NCBI GenBank assembly: GCA_903844775.1 | Contig: CAIMUZ010000182.1 | Span: 312-64,311, forward strand | Length of the DNA: 64,000 nt | Direction: 5' to 3' | Source of the DNA: an uncultured Burkholderiales bacterium | GTDB taxonomy: Bacteria > Pseudomonadota > Gammaproteobacteria > Burkholderiales > Burkholderiaceae_C | Part shown: positions 42,157-53,361 of the stretch, one piece after another | Layout: every line of letters starts with the position of its first letter | Position numbering within the stretch: position 1 is the stretch's first letter | Translations under genes and position numbers: made by a program | Notes under the pieces: generated by a model | What the model was told of the DNA's origin: nothing | Database searches by the model: none | The model's input: the letters and a program-made list of their open reading frames with translations, nothing else

Positions 42157-43083
42157 TTATTTCTTAGCAGGTTGAGCCGGCGTTGCTTGCGGGGCAACCC
42201 CTGACGCAGTTGAACCCCGCATAGATTTAAAGAATTCAGAACCGCTGGGATCAAGCACCATGACATCGCTCTTTTTGGAGAAACTGGCTTTGTAGGCATC
42301 TAAGCTACGGTAAAACTGCGCAAATTGTGGGTCTCGACCAAAAGATTCGTTGTAGATTTTGGCCGCTTGCGAATCGCCCTGACCTTTGATTTTTTGCGCT
42401 TCACGGTAAGCATTGGCAATGGTGACCTCGCGCTGACGATCGGCATCAGCACGTATTTTTTCACCCTCTGCAGCGCCTGTAGAGCGCAGCTCATTGGCCA
42501 CACGTTTGCGTTCCGCTTCCATCCGTCGGTAAACAGACTCTGTGATGGCGTCCACATAATCGGCTCGCGTAATTCGAACATCCACGACGTCCACACCCCA
42601 AGGCTTGTCTCCACGAACTTTCTCCAAAACTTCGCGCTTTACGTCGTTCATTAGAACATCGCGATTCAAGGAGAGAAGATCTTTCACGGTTCGCTTATTG
42701 ATCTCTTCTTGGAAGGCATTTCGAACTACACGGTTCAATTGATTTGCGCCAGCTTTTTCATCCAGTCCCACGTTTCGAATGTAGGCCAAGGGGTCGGTGA
42801 TGCGCCAACGAACGTACCAGTCAATGACCACACGTTGTTTTTCAGCAGTCAACATGGGCTCCGTATCGGGGCTGTCTAAGGTCAGCAAACGCTTGTCAAT
42901 GTAAGTGACGTTTTGCAGCGGTGGGGGCAACTTGATATTCAAGCCCGGCTCGGTAATGACTTCCTTGATTTGGCCAAGTGCGTAGACCACACCAAATTGA
43001 CGTTGATCGACCACAAACAGCATCGAGCTGGCCAGGGCCAAAAGGATTAAAAGGGATGAAGCCCAAATTCCAATGCGATTCAT
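42157..43083 (-). CDS. hflC: FtsH protease modulator HflC
   Basis: SPFH domain with RMEAERKRVANELRSTG and FYRSLDAY. Confidence 0.95.
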   Translation of the reverse strand: MNRIGIWASSLLILLALASSMLFVVDQRQFGVVYALGQIKEVITEPGLNIKLPPPLQNVTYIDKRLLTLDSPDTEPMLTAEKQRVVIDWYVRWRITDPLAYIRNVGLDEKAGANQLNRVVRNAFQEEINKRTVKDLLSLNRDVLMNDVKREVLEKVRGDKPWGVDVVDVRITRADYVDAITESVYRRMEAERKRVANELRSTGAAEGEKIRADADRQREVTIANAYREAQKIKGQGDSQAAKIYNESFGRDPQFAQFYRSLDAYKASFSKKSDVMVLDPSGSEFFKSMRGSTASGVAPQATPAQPAKK

Positions 43084-43095
43084 TTTCGGGCTTCC

Positions 43096-44496
43096 TTAAC
43101 GTATTTCTCGGTCACGTGAGCGAAGGCTGTCACGTGATCTTGGATCAGCAGTGGGGGCACTCTGAGGGGGTGGAACGGGCAAAGTACTGTTGGCCGCAGA
43201 AGTATCAGGCGCTGCCGGAGCGCCCGTAGCGCCGGTCGTCATCTGTATCAATTTGTCGAGTGGCAAGTACATTAAATTGGAACCTTGTTTGCTCTCCACA
43301 ACAACCTTCGTGACATTGGTGTAGATTTGCTGCATGGCATCCAAATACATGCGTTCACGCGTGACTTGCGGTGCCTTTTGATATTCGGGCAAGATGGCTT
43401 TGAAGCGTTGAGAGTCACCCTCTGCTTGCGCCACAATTCTTTCGCGGTAGGCTTGCGATTCCTCTTTCAATCGAGACGCAGCACCTACAGCGCGAGGTAT
43501 CACATCATTGGCATAGGCTTGTGCTTCGTTTTTAGCGCGCTCACGCTCCTGACCTGCTTTCAGAACATCGTCGAAAGCTGCTTGAACTTGCTCGGGCGGC
43601 CTCACGCCCCCTTGCTGTAAGTTGATGCCGACGACTTCAATGCCAACTTTGTAACGATCAAGAATATTTTGCATCAAGGCCCTCACCCGGGGCGCAATTT
43701 GATCGCGCTCTTCCGCCAAAGCTGAGTCCATTTTCATTTTGCCAACCACTTCGCGAACAGCGGTTTCAGCCGCCTGAACCACAGCCTCTGTTGGGTTCTT
43801 GCTTTCAAATAAATAGGCTCGCGCATCATTCAAACGGTACTGAACAGCAAATTTGATTTCAACAATGTTTTCGTCTTCAGTCAGCATGGCTGACTCACGC
43901 AAACCTGTGGCCTTGATCACGTTGTCTCGGCCAATGTCAACAGATCGAATTTGAGTGACAAAGACCAGTTCGTTTTTCTGAATCGGGTAAGGAAAGCGCC
44001 AATTGAATCCGGCGCCCACTGTGGCTTTGTATTTTCCGAATTGGGTAATGACCGCTTGTTGACCCTCTTGCACAATGAAGAATCCAGTACCAAGCCAAAT
44101 CAAGATGCCTGCACCCAAAATGACGCCGATTCCTAAATTGCGAAATACGGGTGGTAGTCCATTGGGGAAGCCCCCATTGGGCGGACCTTTGTGCGGTGGG
44201 CCCCCATTTTTATTGCCTAAAAATTGAGCCAATTTGCGGTTGAGATCTCGCCATAACTCATCGAGATCGGGCGGGCCTGATGATGGACGCGGTTTGTTGT
44301 TGCCATTCGAGCCATTTTGATGGGGCGGTTGGGGAGTGCTGTTTGAACCTGGCGTGTTGCCAGAAGGCGCACTGTCCTGGCCTTCAGAGGAAGGCTTGTC
44401 ATCGCCACGGCCCCATCTCGGATCGTTCAAGTTGAACATGCCGCGCAGGCGTTGGGGGATGATGGACCAGTTAAAGGCAAGGGATTTGAAGTTCAT
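43096..44496 (-). CDS. hflK: FtsH protease modulator HflK
   Basis: GPPDLDELW, MLTEDENIV, AFDDV and APQVTRERMY motifs. Confidence 0.95.
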   Translation of the reverse strand: MNFKSLAFNWSIIPQRLRGMFNLNDPRWGRGDDKPSSEGQDSAPSGNTPGSNSTPQPPHQNGSNGNNKPRPSSGPPDLDELWRDLNRKLAQFLGNKNGGPPHKGPPNGGFPNGLPPVFRNLGIGVILGAGILIWLGTGFFIVQEGQQAVITQFGKYKATVGAGFNWRFPYPIQKNELVFVTQIRSVDIGRDNVIKATGLRESAMLTEDENIVEIKFAVQYRLNDARAYLFESKNPTEAVVQAAETAVREVVGKMKMDSALAEERDQIAPRVRALMQNILDRYKVGIEVVGINLQQGGVRPPEQVQAAFDDVLKAGQERERAKNEAQAYANDVIPRAVGAASRLKEESQAYRERIVAQAEGDSQRFKAILPEYQKAPQVTRERMYLDAMQQIYTNVTKVVVESKQGSNLMYLPLDKLIQMTTGATGAPAAPDTSAANSTLPVPPPQSAPTADPRSRDSLRSRDREIR

Positions 44497-44551
44497 TCTT
44501 TTTCTAAGCTATTTATCTGTCGAGGCTCATTGTGCACAATTCGAACGTAAA

Positions 44552-45742
44552 TTATGCAAATTGATTCGGATTTTCCCCGTAATTATCAAGGTCAAACCGC
44601 TGATCGTGTGTTGCCTCAACGGCGGGCGTAGCTTTCATGACTTCTTCAGCCAACATTTGTCGCAGCAATGAAACACTCTGCCCGGTTTGTGCACTGACAA
44701 AAACACGGTTGAAGGCCATGCCATCGACTTCGTATTGGTCTTGAAATTCAAGCGGTTGACGCTCTAAGGGCAAGTTGTCAATTTTGTTGAAAATGAGCCA
44801 TTGCGGCACATGATCAGCGCCAATTTCATGCAAAACACGCTTCACCTCCGCCATTTGCTCTGGAAAGTTTGGATTTGAAGCATCAACCACATGCAGCAGC
44901 AAATCGGCATCGGTCGCCTCTTTCAAGGTTGCCTGAAAGGCATCTATCAAACCGTGCGGTAAATCCCTGATGAAACCAACCGTATCGGACACCGAAGCAC
45001 TTCGCCCGGCATCACCTAGGTAAAGTTGTCGCGTGGTGGTGTCAAGGGTTGCAAACAACTGATCGGCCGCATACGCTCTGGCCTTAACCAAGGCATTGAA
45101 CAGTGTTGATTTGCCAGCGTTGGTGTACCCCACCAGAGAGACATTGAACGCGTTACGCCGATCACGTTGGCGCCTTTGGGTTGAGCGTTGCTTCTTAACT
45201 TTTAAAAGTCGTTCTTTGGTTCGCTTGATGGCGTCACCAATCATTCGCTTGTCCAGCTCAATCTGGGTTTCGCCTGGGCCGCCTCGAGTCCCAATGCCAC
45301 CCTGTTGCCTCTCAAGGTGCGACCATCTTCTGACCAATCGAGTGCTCAGATATTGAAGTCGCGCCAACTCAACCTGCAATTTGCCGTCGTGGCTGCGTGC
45401 GCGTTGTGCAAAAATCTCTAAGATTAAAAGGGTTCGATCGTTGACTGGCAATCCCAAGTGGCGCTCAAGGTTGCGTTGTTGCGCAGGGCTCAGCGATTGG
45501 TCAAAGAGAATCTCTTGAGCGCCCAACTGCTCAGCCATGAACTTAATTTCATCGGCCTTGCCAGAGCCTACAAACAAGGCGGCATCAGGGGCCTTACGCT
45601 TGCAAGTTATTTTGGCGACGGGCTTCATGCCAGCTGTCAGTGCAAGCTGACTCAGTTCATCCAGTTCGCTATCAAAATGAGGTAAACCAAAATCAACGCC
45701 CACCAACAAGGCGGACGTTGTCACAGCCGAATTACTGTTCAA
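44552..45742 (-). CDS. hflX: Ribosome-splitting GTPase HflX
   Basis: RGGPGETQIE, GYTNAGKST, DTVGF and NKID motifs. Confidence 0.96.
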   Translation of the reverse strand: MNSNSAVTTSALLVGVDFGLPHFDSELDELSQLALTAGMKPVAKITCKRKAPDAALFVGSGKADEIKFMAEQLGAQEILFDQSLSPAQQRNLERHLGLPVNDRTLLILEIFAQRARSHDGKLQVELARLQYLSTRLVRRWSHLERQQGGIGTRGGPGETQIELDKRMIGDAIKRTKERLLKVKKQRSTQRRQRDRRNAFNVSLVGYTNAGKSTLFNALVKARAYAADQLFATLDTTTRQLYLGDAGRSASVSDTVGFIRDLPHGLIDAFQATLKEATDADLLLHVVDASNPNFPEQMAEVKRVLHEIGADHVPQWLIFNKIDNLPLERQPLEFQDQYEVDGMAFNRVFVSAQTGQSVSLLRQMLAEEVMKATPAVEATHDQRFDLDNYGENPNQFA

Positions 45743-45750
45743 AAGAAAAG

Positions 45751-45999
45751 TTAGGCCGCTGGCTCTTCGGGAGCATCTGAACCCGTCAGGTTCACGGCGC
45801 GGCCTGGAACGATGGTTGAAATGGCGTGCTTGTAGACCATTTGAGTCACCGTATTGCGAAGCAATACAACGTATTGATCAAATGATTCGATTTGTCCTTG
45901 AAGCTTGATGCCGTTGACCAAATAAATGGACACTGGTACATGCTCACGACGTAAGGCGTTAAGGAAGGGATCTTGCAAAAGTTGCCCTTTATTGTTCAC
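45751..45999 (-). CDS. hfq: RNA chaperone Hfq
   Basis: [20 protein letters not shown] and YKHAIST motifs. GTG start with GGAG Shine-Dalgarno. Confidence 0.98.
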   Translation of the reverse strand: MNNKGQLLQDPFLNALRREHVPVSIYLVNGIKLQGQIESFDQYVVLLRNTVTQMVYKHAISTIVPGRAVNLTGSDAPEEPAA

Positions 46000-46090
46000 G
46001 ATATTCTCCGTGTTATGAATTGATTTAAGGGTTTCACCTTAACACAACGAAGACTAATTTCCAGCGAATAGCCTTTCAAATTCAGACGAA

Positions 46091-47431
46091 TTAGCTGGAT
46101 TCTTTGTCAGCGAAGGGATTGGTAGAGGTTTTCATTTCGATTCGCAGGGGCGTTCCTGATAAATCAAAAGCCTTTCTAAACCGACCCTCTAAGTAGCGTT
46201 TGTAGGTTTCAGTCACGTGCTCAAGCGAATTGCCGTGAATGACAATCACAGGGGGATTCATGCCCCCCTGATGGGCGTACCGCAACTTGGGTCTGAACAT
46301 GCCGCCACGCTGAGGACTTTGGAACTGAACGGACTCCAATAACAATCGGGTTAAAACAGGCGTTGTCATTTTGACCATGGCCGATTTATGCGCTTGGGTG
46401 ATCGAACTCCAAACGGGGCCTAAGCCCTGACGTTTTTTGGCAGAGATGGTGTGTAAGTTGGCAAATTTTAAGAATGGCAAGCGGTTCTCGATGGAGCGTT
46501 GTACCAACTCACGCTGGTATGCGTCCACGGCGTCCCATTTGTTAACTGCCAACACCACCGCACGACCACTGTCCAAAATAAAGCCTGCAATGTGGGCATC
46601 TTGCTCGGTAACGCCCTGCGTCGCATCCAACAAAAGCAATACAACATTGGCAGATTCAATGGCTTGGAGGGTTTTCACCACTGAAAACTTTTCAATGGCT
46701 TCAAATACGCGACCTTTGCGCCGAAGACCTGCGGTATCGATGAGTTCAAACTTTTGACCGCCGCGCTCAAATGGCACCGTGATGGCATCTCGCGTGGTGC
46801 CAGGCATGTCAAAGGCCACCAGCCGCTCCTCGCCCAACCAGGTATTGATGAGCGTTGATTTACCCACATTGGGACGCCCCGCCACCGCCAGCTTCACCAC
46901 CGAAGGATCGGCCTCGGGCCCCTCCCCATCTTCCGGAAGCATGAGGGGGTCTAGCGCCAATTCAATCAGGCCTCGGGTCCCTTGGCCATGGGCCGCAGAA
47001 ACCGCAATCACTTCACCCAAGCCCAACTCGTAAAACTCACTGATTTGAACGCCTTCGCGCATGCCCTCGGCTTTATTGGCCACCAACAAACAAGGCTTGC
47101 CAATTCGACGAAGGTATTTGGCAATGTCATGGTCTTGTGCAGAGACACCTGCGCGCGCATCCACCACAAACACAACGACATCGGCTTCCGCAACAGCTTG
47201 TTGCGTTTGTTTGGCCATTTCTTTGTAGATGCCCTCATGTGCATCTGGTTCAAAACCACCTGTATCGATGACGATATATTCGTATCGACCTTGCCGACCC
47301 TGACCGTAGTGGCGATCGCGGGTGAGGCCCGCAAAATCAGCCACGATGGCGTCACGACTTTTGGTCAAACGGTTGAATAAAGTGGACTTGCCCACATTAG
47401 GGCGTCCGACCAGTGCCAGTACGGGTTTCAA
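46091..47431 (-). CDS. der: Ribosome biogenesis GTPase Der
   Basis: Two [10 protein letters not shown]-domains. TTG start. Confidence 0.97.
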   Translation of the reverse strand: MKPVLALVGRPNVGKSTLFNRLTKSRDAIVADFAGLTRDRHYGQGRQGRYEYIVIDTGGFEPDAHEGIYKEMAKQTQQAVAEADVVVFVVDARAGVSAQDHDIAKYLRRIGKPCLLVANKAEGMREGVQISEFYELGLGEVIAVSAAHGQGTRGLIELALDPLMLPEDGEGPEADPSVVKLAVAGRPNVGKSTLINTWLGEERLVAFDMPGTTRDAITVPFERGGQKFELIDTAGLRRKGRVFEAIEKFSVVKTLQAIESANVVLLLLDATQGVTEQDAHIAGFILDSGRAVVLAVNKWDAVDAYQRELVQRSIENRLPFLKFANLHTISAKKRQGLGPVWSSITQAHKSAMVKMTTPVLTRLLLESVQFQSPQRGGMFRPKLRYAHQGGMNPPVIVIHGNSLEHVTETYKRYLEGRFRKAFDLSGTPLRIEMKTSTNPFADKESS

Positions 47432-47451
47432 ATCAATCTTTCAGGGGCGTT

Positions 47452-48612
47452 TTATTCGGCACGGTAAGCTTGCAGCAAGCCATTTTTTGTGACAGTCACC
47501 CAATTTTTCCCAATGCGCAAAGGCGCAACAGCAAGGCCCGAGTTATCAACCTGTACACGGGCAATGGTTTGCCCATTTGAAGTGTCAATCCAATGCAACC
47601 AACCCAAATCATCACCCAATACCAATTGACCCTCTGCCCAACTGGGAGCTGTCAGACCTCGGAATTTAAAGGCTTCAGTTTGCCAGGCCGCCTGTCCACT
47701 GTGGCGCTGCCAAGCCAGTAATTTGCCGTCAGATTCAGCGCCAAACAACAGGGACTCATTACCGCTCAGTCCCACGTGACCTTGCGCAGCGCGCGTCCAA
47801 AGATTGGTGCCTTTGACGGCATCAACGCAGGTCACCGCAGTTTGGAATGCTCGCGCGCAAACGACATTGTTTACTCTCGACACGCCCACGACCAGATCAA
47901 CCAATCGCTCCACTTCATTGGTTCCTCTTGAAGAACCAATGGCAACTTCCCACTTGATGACACCATTGGTCGGACTCATAGCAACCATTCTTCCGGACAG
48001 GCCAACCATGAGGTTATCCTGAAAAGTTGTCAGTATGCCCGCCTGCTTCAACACCAATGGATCACCTGTGCGCTGTTGCCGCCACAAGTTTTGGCCTGAA
48101 GCACCGTCAAATGCCAGAATTGTGCGGTCTGCGGTCAAAACAAAAACTCTTCCACCCGCCACAAGGGGTGCCGTCAAAGACAGCGCGGGCAACTTGGCGC
48201 GCCAAATTTCTTTGCCTTCACTCACAGCAATCAATTCATTGGCTTTCGTGATAACGGCATAACGCTGTCCATCGCCGCCCACGCCTGCAGCAATTGCTGA
48301 ATTCAATTCCAATTGCCAAGCCAAAACACCCGTCTCAGCATTGAAAACACTTAACAAACCCATGTTGTTCACGACAGCCAAGCGGCCGCTCGCAAGGTTC
48401 AATGTCAGAGGACTGCCAATGGGCCCGACTTGACTTGACCATGCGGGGGTGACAGTTAATTGGGATTTGAAATCGGATAAGGCTTTAGGAACCGGTTTGT
48501 CAGGGGTGCTGGAGCAGGCTCCTAGCGCAAGCAAAAAAAGCAGGCAGGAAGATGCGCCAATTGATTGACGCCATGCTTGAAAAAAATGTTCTGTTTTGAA
48601 CGAGGCAATCAT
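47452..48612 (-). CDS. bamB: Outer membrane protein assembly factor BamB
   Basis: Lipobox LGAC, PQQ-like repeats and EVERLVD motif. yfgM-bamB-der synteny. Confidence 0.92.
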   Translation of the reverse strand: MIASFKTEHFFQAWRQSIGASSCLLFLLALGACSSTPDKPVPKALSDFKSQLTVTPAWSSQVGPIGSPLTLNLASGRLAVVNNMGLLSVFNAETGVLAWQLELNSAIAAGVGGDGQRYAVITKANELIAVSEGKEIWRAKLPALSLTAPLVAGGRVFVLTADRTILAFDGASGQNLWRQQRTGDPLVLKQAGILTTFQDNLMVGLSGRMVAMSPTNGVIKWEVAIGSSRGTNEVERLVDLVVGVSRVNNVVCARAFQTAVTCVDAVKGTNLWTRAAQGHVGLSGNESLLFGAESDGKLLAWQRHSGQAAWQTEAFKFRGLTAPSWAEGQLVLGDDLGWLHWIDTSNGQTIARVQVDNSGLAVAPLRIGKNWVTVTKNGLLQAYRAE

Positions 48613-49274
48613 TTTGAAGCGCCCTTGTTTTGTTCTGGATCGACACCCAGCGCATTCAATTTGGCAGCCACAAGCCGACGGTACTCGTTATTGCTTTCAA
48701 GCTTAGTCCAAGCATCAACATAAGATTTTGCAGCCTCTTGCGACTTGTTTTGAGCCATCAAAAGATCGCCCTGAACATCTGCTGCTAAGCCTGCATAGGA
48801 AGCCGTGAAAGATTTGGAAAGTGTTTTCGATGCGTCATCGTAGGCTTTTTGATGAATCTGCAAATTGGCCAAACGTAAACGTGCCAATTGAGCAATGGCC
48901 TCATTTGAAGAACTTTCACTGGCCCACTTCAGCGCAGAGAGTGCGACCTCTGGTTTTTCTGCTTGTTGGAAAGCTCTGCCAGCCAACAAAGCCGACTGGG
49001 CTGCGTAAGTGGTGCCCGGAAAGCGCTCCTTCATGTCATTCCAGGAGCGCTCAAGCTTAGCAACATCGCCAACGGATGCAAAACGCTCTACTTCATCGAA
49101 AAGTGCCGCCGCCTTGGTGGATTGCTGCGTTTGCCAATATTGATAACCATTCCAGCCCGCGTAGGAGCCCATTACCACGACCAATAGCCAAGTGATAGCG
49201 TTACCGTACTGCTTCCAAAAGTGCTTGAGTTCGTCAAGTTGCTCTTGTTCTTCGAGATCGAGATTTGAGGACAT
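48609..49274 (-). CDS. yfgM: YfgM ancillary SecYEG translocon TPR protein
   Basis: DLEEQEQLDELKHFWKQYG, single TM segment and ARLRLA motif. Confidence 0.88.
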   Translation of the reverse strand: MSSNLDLEEQEQLDELKHFWKQYGNAITWLLVVVMGSYAGWNGYQYWQTQQSTKAAALFDEVERFASVGDVAKLERSWNDMKERFPGTTYAAQSALLAGRAFQQAEKPEVALSALKWASESSSNEAIAQLARLRLANLQIHQKAYDDASKTLSKSFTASYAGLAADVQGDLLMAQNKSQEAAKSYVDAWTKLESNNEYRRLVAAKLNALGVDPEQNKGASK

Positions 49275-49287
49275 AGTCAGATTTGTA

Positions 49288-50619
49288 TCAAGGGGTCAAT
49301 TGTAGGCTCTTGGCCCAGGCTTCTATGGAAGATAAGGATTCGGTTCTTTGGGCAACACCACCATCACGAAGAGACTTCACAGAAACCATGTTCTGTGCCA
49401 GCTCGTCGGGACCAAAGATCAGTGCAAATTGAGCGCCGCTGCTGTCTGCTTTTTTGAATTGACTTTTCATACTGCCAATGCCATCGCCAGTGCCTGCATG
49501 CATTTGAACATTGACGCCCAAGTCTCTTAGCTGCCGAATGTAATTTAAAACAACGGGCAAGCTCTGAGCTTCGGGCACGATGGCGTAGGCATGCGGCGAT
49601 GCATCAGGCAATTGAGCGCCCTGCTCTTCAAGCAATGCCAGTACACGTTCGACACCTAGCGCCCAACCTACAGCCGGTGCAGATTTGCCACCCACTTGTT
49701 CAATTAAATAGTCGTAACGGCCGCCGCCGCAAACTGTCCCTTGCGATCCCAGTTGATCTGTGACGAACTCAAAAACTGTGAGGTTGTAGTAGTCCATACC
49801 GCGAACCAACCGAGGATTGAGTGAGTAGCTCACGCCGTTGGCATCCAAAATATTGCGCACGGTATTGAAGTGTTGAAGCGAAGCGTCACCTAAATAATCG
49901 AGCAGCTTGGGGGCAGATGTCACAAGCGCCAACATGGCCGGGTTCTTGGTGTCCAAAATTCGCAATGGATTGGTGTGTAGACGACGTTTTGCATCTTCAT
50001 CCAACAAGGCTGAGTTCTTTTCAAAGTGCGCGATCAAGGCTGCTCTGTGAGCCAATCTCTCAGGCGGCTGGCCCAAGCTATTGAGCTCCAGCCGAACATC
50101 CTTCAAACCAATGGTTTTCCACAAGTCATGGGCCAGCAAAATGACTTCAGCGTCAATCTCTGGTCCTTGAAAGCCTAAGACTTCAGCGCCAATTTGGTGG
50201 AACTGTCGATACCGTCCTCTCTGAGGACGCTCGTGGCGAAACATAGGGCCCATGTAATAGAGTCTTTTGCCACCCTCGTAAAGCATGTTGTGTTCGACCA
50301 CAGCGCGAACCACGCCCGCTGTGCTTTCGGGACGTAAAGTTAAGGCTTCCCCATTCAAACGATCCTCAAAGGAGTACATTTCCTTTTCAACGATGTCTGT
50401 GACTTCCCCCAAACCACGCACAAACAAGGCCGTGGGTTCAACAATGGGCGTGCGGATATTTCGATAGGCATAACTTGCCATCAAACGCCTGACGGTCGCT
50501 TCTAGCCATTCCCATTGAGAGGATTCGCCAGGCAATATGTCGTTCATGCCTTTGACGGCTGCTATTTTTTTAAAAGGTGCGACCTTTGATTGAGATTCAG
50601 TAGGATTTGTTTCGGACAT
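49288..50619 (-). CDS. hisS: Histidine--tRNA ligase
   Basis: [30 protein letters not shown] and GGRYD motifs. Confidence 0.97.
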   Translation of the reverse strand: MSETNPTESQSKVAPFKKIAAVKGMNDILPGESSQWEWLEATVRRLMASYAYRNIRTPIVEPTALFVRGLGEVTDIVEKEMYSFEDRLNGEALTLRPESTAGVVRAVVEHNMLYEGGKRLYYMGPMFRHERPQRGRYRQFHQIGAEVLGFQGPEIDAEVILLAHDLWKTIGLKDVRLELNSLGQPPERLAHRAALIAHFEKNSALLDEDAKRRLHTNPLRILDTKNPAMLALVTSAPKLLDYLGDASLQHFNTVRNILDANGVSYSLNPRLVRGMDYYNLTVFEFVTDQLGSQGTVCGGGRYDYLIEQVGGKSAPAVGWALGVERVLALLEEQGAQLPDASPHAYAIVPEAQSLPVVLNYIRQLRDLGVNVQMHAGTGDGIGSMKSQFKKADSSGAQFALIFGPDELAQNMVSVKSLRDGGVAQRTESLSSIEAWAKSLQLTP

Positions 50620-50655
50620 AAAAATTCGTGGACAGGCAGTGCAAATCGTTCAAGT

Positions 50656-51945
50656 TCAAACCGATGATTGGGTTTGAACCGCGCTGCCAAATCGATTGTC
50701 AATGTACTGTTCAACGATTTTTTGGAACTCTTGTGCAATGTTGTCGCCACGCAGCGTCAGTTTTTTCTCACCATCAATGAAAACAGGCGCGGCCGGCGCC
50801 TCGCCGGTTCCTGGGAGGCTAATGCCGATGTCAGCGTGCTTGCTTTCACCGGGCCCGTTCACAATGCAACCCATGACGGCGAGCTTTAAGTTTTCAACAC
50901 CAGGATACTGATTCCGCCAAACAGGCATTTGGGCACGCAAGAAATCATCAATTTGTTTTGCGAGTTCTTGGAAAGTGCTGCTGGTTGTTCTGCCGCATCC
51001 AGGACAAGCAGTGACGCTGGGCACAAAAATCCGCATCCCTAGTGATTGCAAAATTTCGGAGGCAATCACCACCTCTTGGGTTCTGGACTCGCCTGGTTGA
51101 GGCGTTAAAGAAACACGAATGGTGTCGCCAATACCTTCCTGCAAAAGAATTGACAAGGCCGTGGCAGAGGCCACAGTTCCCTTGGTTCCCATGCCGGCTT
51201 CAGTCAATCCCAAATGCAGTGGATAGTCTGTGCGCTTGCCCAACTCGCGATAGACAGCAATTAAATCTTGCACGCCTGAAACCTTGCAAGACAACATGAT
51301 TTGTGAGCGTGTCATCCCCATTTCATGGGCCTTATCAGCAGAAGTGATGGCCGAGGTAATCAAAGCCTCGTACATGACTTGTCTGGACTCCCATGGCACC
51401 GCACGCTGACTGTTTTGATCCATCAAATCGGCCAGCAATTCTTGGTCCAAACTGCCCCAATTAACACCTATTCGAACGGGTTTGTTCCAGCGCATGGCCG
51501 CATCGATCATTTGACCAAATTGCAAATCGTGTTTGTCACCCTTGCCCACGTTACCAGGGTTGATGCGGTATTTTGACAGTGCCTCAGCACATGCCGGATG
51601 GTCCATCAGCAAGCGATGACCGTTGTAATGGAAATCGCCAATCAAGGGCACATCAACGCCCATTTTGTCCAGTTGATCTCGAATATGAGGGACCGCCTCT
51701 GCAGCTTCAGGGGTATTGACGGTGATACGTACCAATTCAGAGCCTGCCACTGCCAACTCTTTGACCTGGATGGCCGTTCCGATGACGTCGACGGTATCAG
51801 TGTTGGTCATTGACTGGACACGAACGGGCGCTTGACCGCCAACGCTCACAACACGCTGACCCCAAACCACATTGGCTTGAAGGCTGCGACGAGGCAGGGG
51901 CACAGCAGCAGGAATCGCACAAGGGGCGGTGTTGGAAGGGGTCAT
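50656..51945 (-). CDS. ispG: 4-hydroxy-3-methylbut-2-en-1-yl diphosphate synthase
   Basis: [28 protein letters not shown] and [10 protein letters not shown] motifs. Confidence 0.97.
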   Translation of the reverse strand: MTPSNTAPCAIPAAVPLPRRSLQANVVWGQRVVSVGGQAPVRVQSMTNTDTVDVIGTAIQVKELAVAGSELVRITVNTPEAAEAVPHIRDQLDKMGVDVPLIGDFHYNGHRLLMDHPACAEALSKYRINPGNVGKGDKHDLQFGQMIDAAMRWNKPVRIGVNWGSLDQELLADLMDQNSQRAVPWESRQVMYEALITSAITSADKAHEMGMTRSQIMLSCKVSGVQDLIAVYRELGKRTDYPLHLGLTEAGMGTKGTVASATALSILLQEGIGDTIRVSLTPQPGESRTQEVVIASEILQSLGMRIFVPSVTACPGCGRTTSSTFQELAKQIDDFLRAQMPVWRNQYPGVENLKLAVMGCIVNGPGESKHADIGISLPGTGEAPAAPVFIDGEKKLTLRGDNIAQEFQKIVEQYIDNRFGSAVQTQSSV

Positions 51946-52568
51946 TTTTTAAGCTCTGGCATGACGGTGGTTGATACGGGCTGAGTTACAGGAGGCTGAA
52001 CGCTCAAAGGACTTTCGAAGACCATGGCTTTGGGCAAGTCTGCTTGAGCAGGCTCTGCTGCAACAGGTTCTTGCACAGGGGGCATCATGGGAATCACTTC
52101 GACTGTTTCAGGGGCTGCTTTAATTTGAAAAACACCCGCGAACCAATCGTTGGAAATGCCCAGACTCAGAACGAAAAGTACAAGGACAGTGACCCACAAT
52201 TTTGTGCTGCCGAGATGCACGACAGAACGGCGGTCAATTCGCGTTGTTGGAAATGAATTTCTGGGTTCTGTTTCAATTAAATGCAAAGGTTTTAAACCAT
52301 TGGGCACCACAGGCATCAGCGCCAAGACTTGGGAAGAGTCAAGCTTGAGAACACGGCACACCTTAGCGGCCAGCGCACGCGCAAAGACGGGCTCCAACAA
52401 TTTATCAAACTGATCCGCCTCTAAGGCTTCCAATTGCTTGATGCTGACTTTCAGATTCACCGAAAGAATGGCCAGATGCAGGCCCGCTTTTTCTCGAGCG
52501 GCTTTGATCAAAGCCCCAGGCGAACTTGGCAACACAGACATGCTGTTCTCGTTGGAAGAATCAGTCAT
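51942..52568 (-). CDS. rodZ: RodZ-like HTH membrane protein (short form)
   Basis: [14 protein letters not shown]...LEALE N-terminal HTH and one TM segment. Sits between pilW and ispG. Confidence 0.75.
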   Translation of the reverse strand: MTDSSNENSMSVLPSSPGALIKAAREKAGLHLAILSVNLKVSIKQLEALEADQFDKLLEPVFARALAAKVCRVLKLDSSQVLALMPVVPNGLKPLHLIETEPRNSFPTTRIDRRSVVHLGSTKLWVTVLVLFVLSLGISNDWFAGVFQIKAAPETVEVIPMMPPVQEPVAAEPAQADLPKAMVFESPLSVQPPVTQPVSTTVMPELKK

Positions 52569-53361
52569 GAGACCCCTGTACTTGGGTAGCGCGCCATTGC
52601 GCTGAATTTGAAAATCGTAGTCCTAACATCTTGCCCCATTGATTTTTTTTGTCCTCGTGATTCTGCCGCTCTGCAAGCTGCATGCCCAACCACAGCGATT
52701 GTGCACTGACAGAGGGGGAATCGTTGAGAAAATCAAGAATTTTCTCTGCTTCTGAATACCTTTTTAGCTGAATTTTCAGGGTCGCCAACTCCAAGGCCAT
52801 CAAAATGAATTCTGGCTGGCGATTTAAGGCCTCTGTCATATGGGCATCGGCACCTTCGAATTCACCACTTTTAAGCAGGCATTGACCCCACACCCATGAA
52901 GTCTTGTCCTTTTCCAGTCCATGTGAATGAACATGGGCGGTTTGAAATTGATCGAAAGCCAGCTCAAATTGACCTGCTTCACAATAAAAAACGCCAAAAT
53001 TGTGGGCGATTTGAGCATTTTTGGGGGCTTCAAGGGACGCTTTTGCAAAATAAATGCCAGCCAAGTCAATCCGGTTCTGCTTTTGAAAGATCAAAGCCTT
53101 CAGAGCCAGAGCTTCAGGGAAATCGGGGGAGACACTCAATGCGTGCTCAACCTCTTCCATTGCAAAAAGCCACATTTTTGCCTGGAAATAGGCGGAAGCC
53201 AAGGTAAGTCGAGTATGAATTCGGTGGGCCGCGTCAGCCTTTAAGACCCCTGCATGCGCACCGACGTTTACCGTTAGAAAATGCCACGTGAAAGAAAGCA
53301 AAAGTAAGGCCAAACGCCACTGCCCGCACCTTCTAGGCGCTGGCTTGACATCATGGCGCAT
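52561..53361 (-). CDS. PilW/PilF-like TPR protein (divergent)
   Basis: RLTLASAYF, HNFGVFYC and SAQSLWLG TPR motifs. Sits between rlmN and rodZ. Confidence 0.75.
   Translation of the reverse strand: MRHDVKPAPRRCGQWRLALLLLSFTWHFLTVNVGAHAGVLKADAAHRIHTRLTLASAYFQAKMWLFAMEEVEHALSVSPDFPEALALKALIFQKQNRIDLAGIYFAKASLEAPKNAQIAHNFGVFYCEAGQFELAFDQFQTAHVHSHGLEKDKTSWVWGQCLLKSGEFEGADAHMTEALNRQPEFILMALELATLKIQLKRYSEAEKILDFLNDSPSVSAQSLWLGMQLAERQNHEDKKNQWGKMLGLRFSNSAQWRATQVQGSHD

Noticed and set aside
44160-44400. Repeat-like Pro/Gly/Asn-rich stretch
   Set aside because: It is the low-complexity N-terminal region typical of HflK, not a DNA repeat array.
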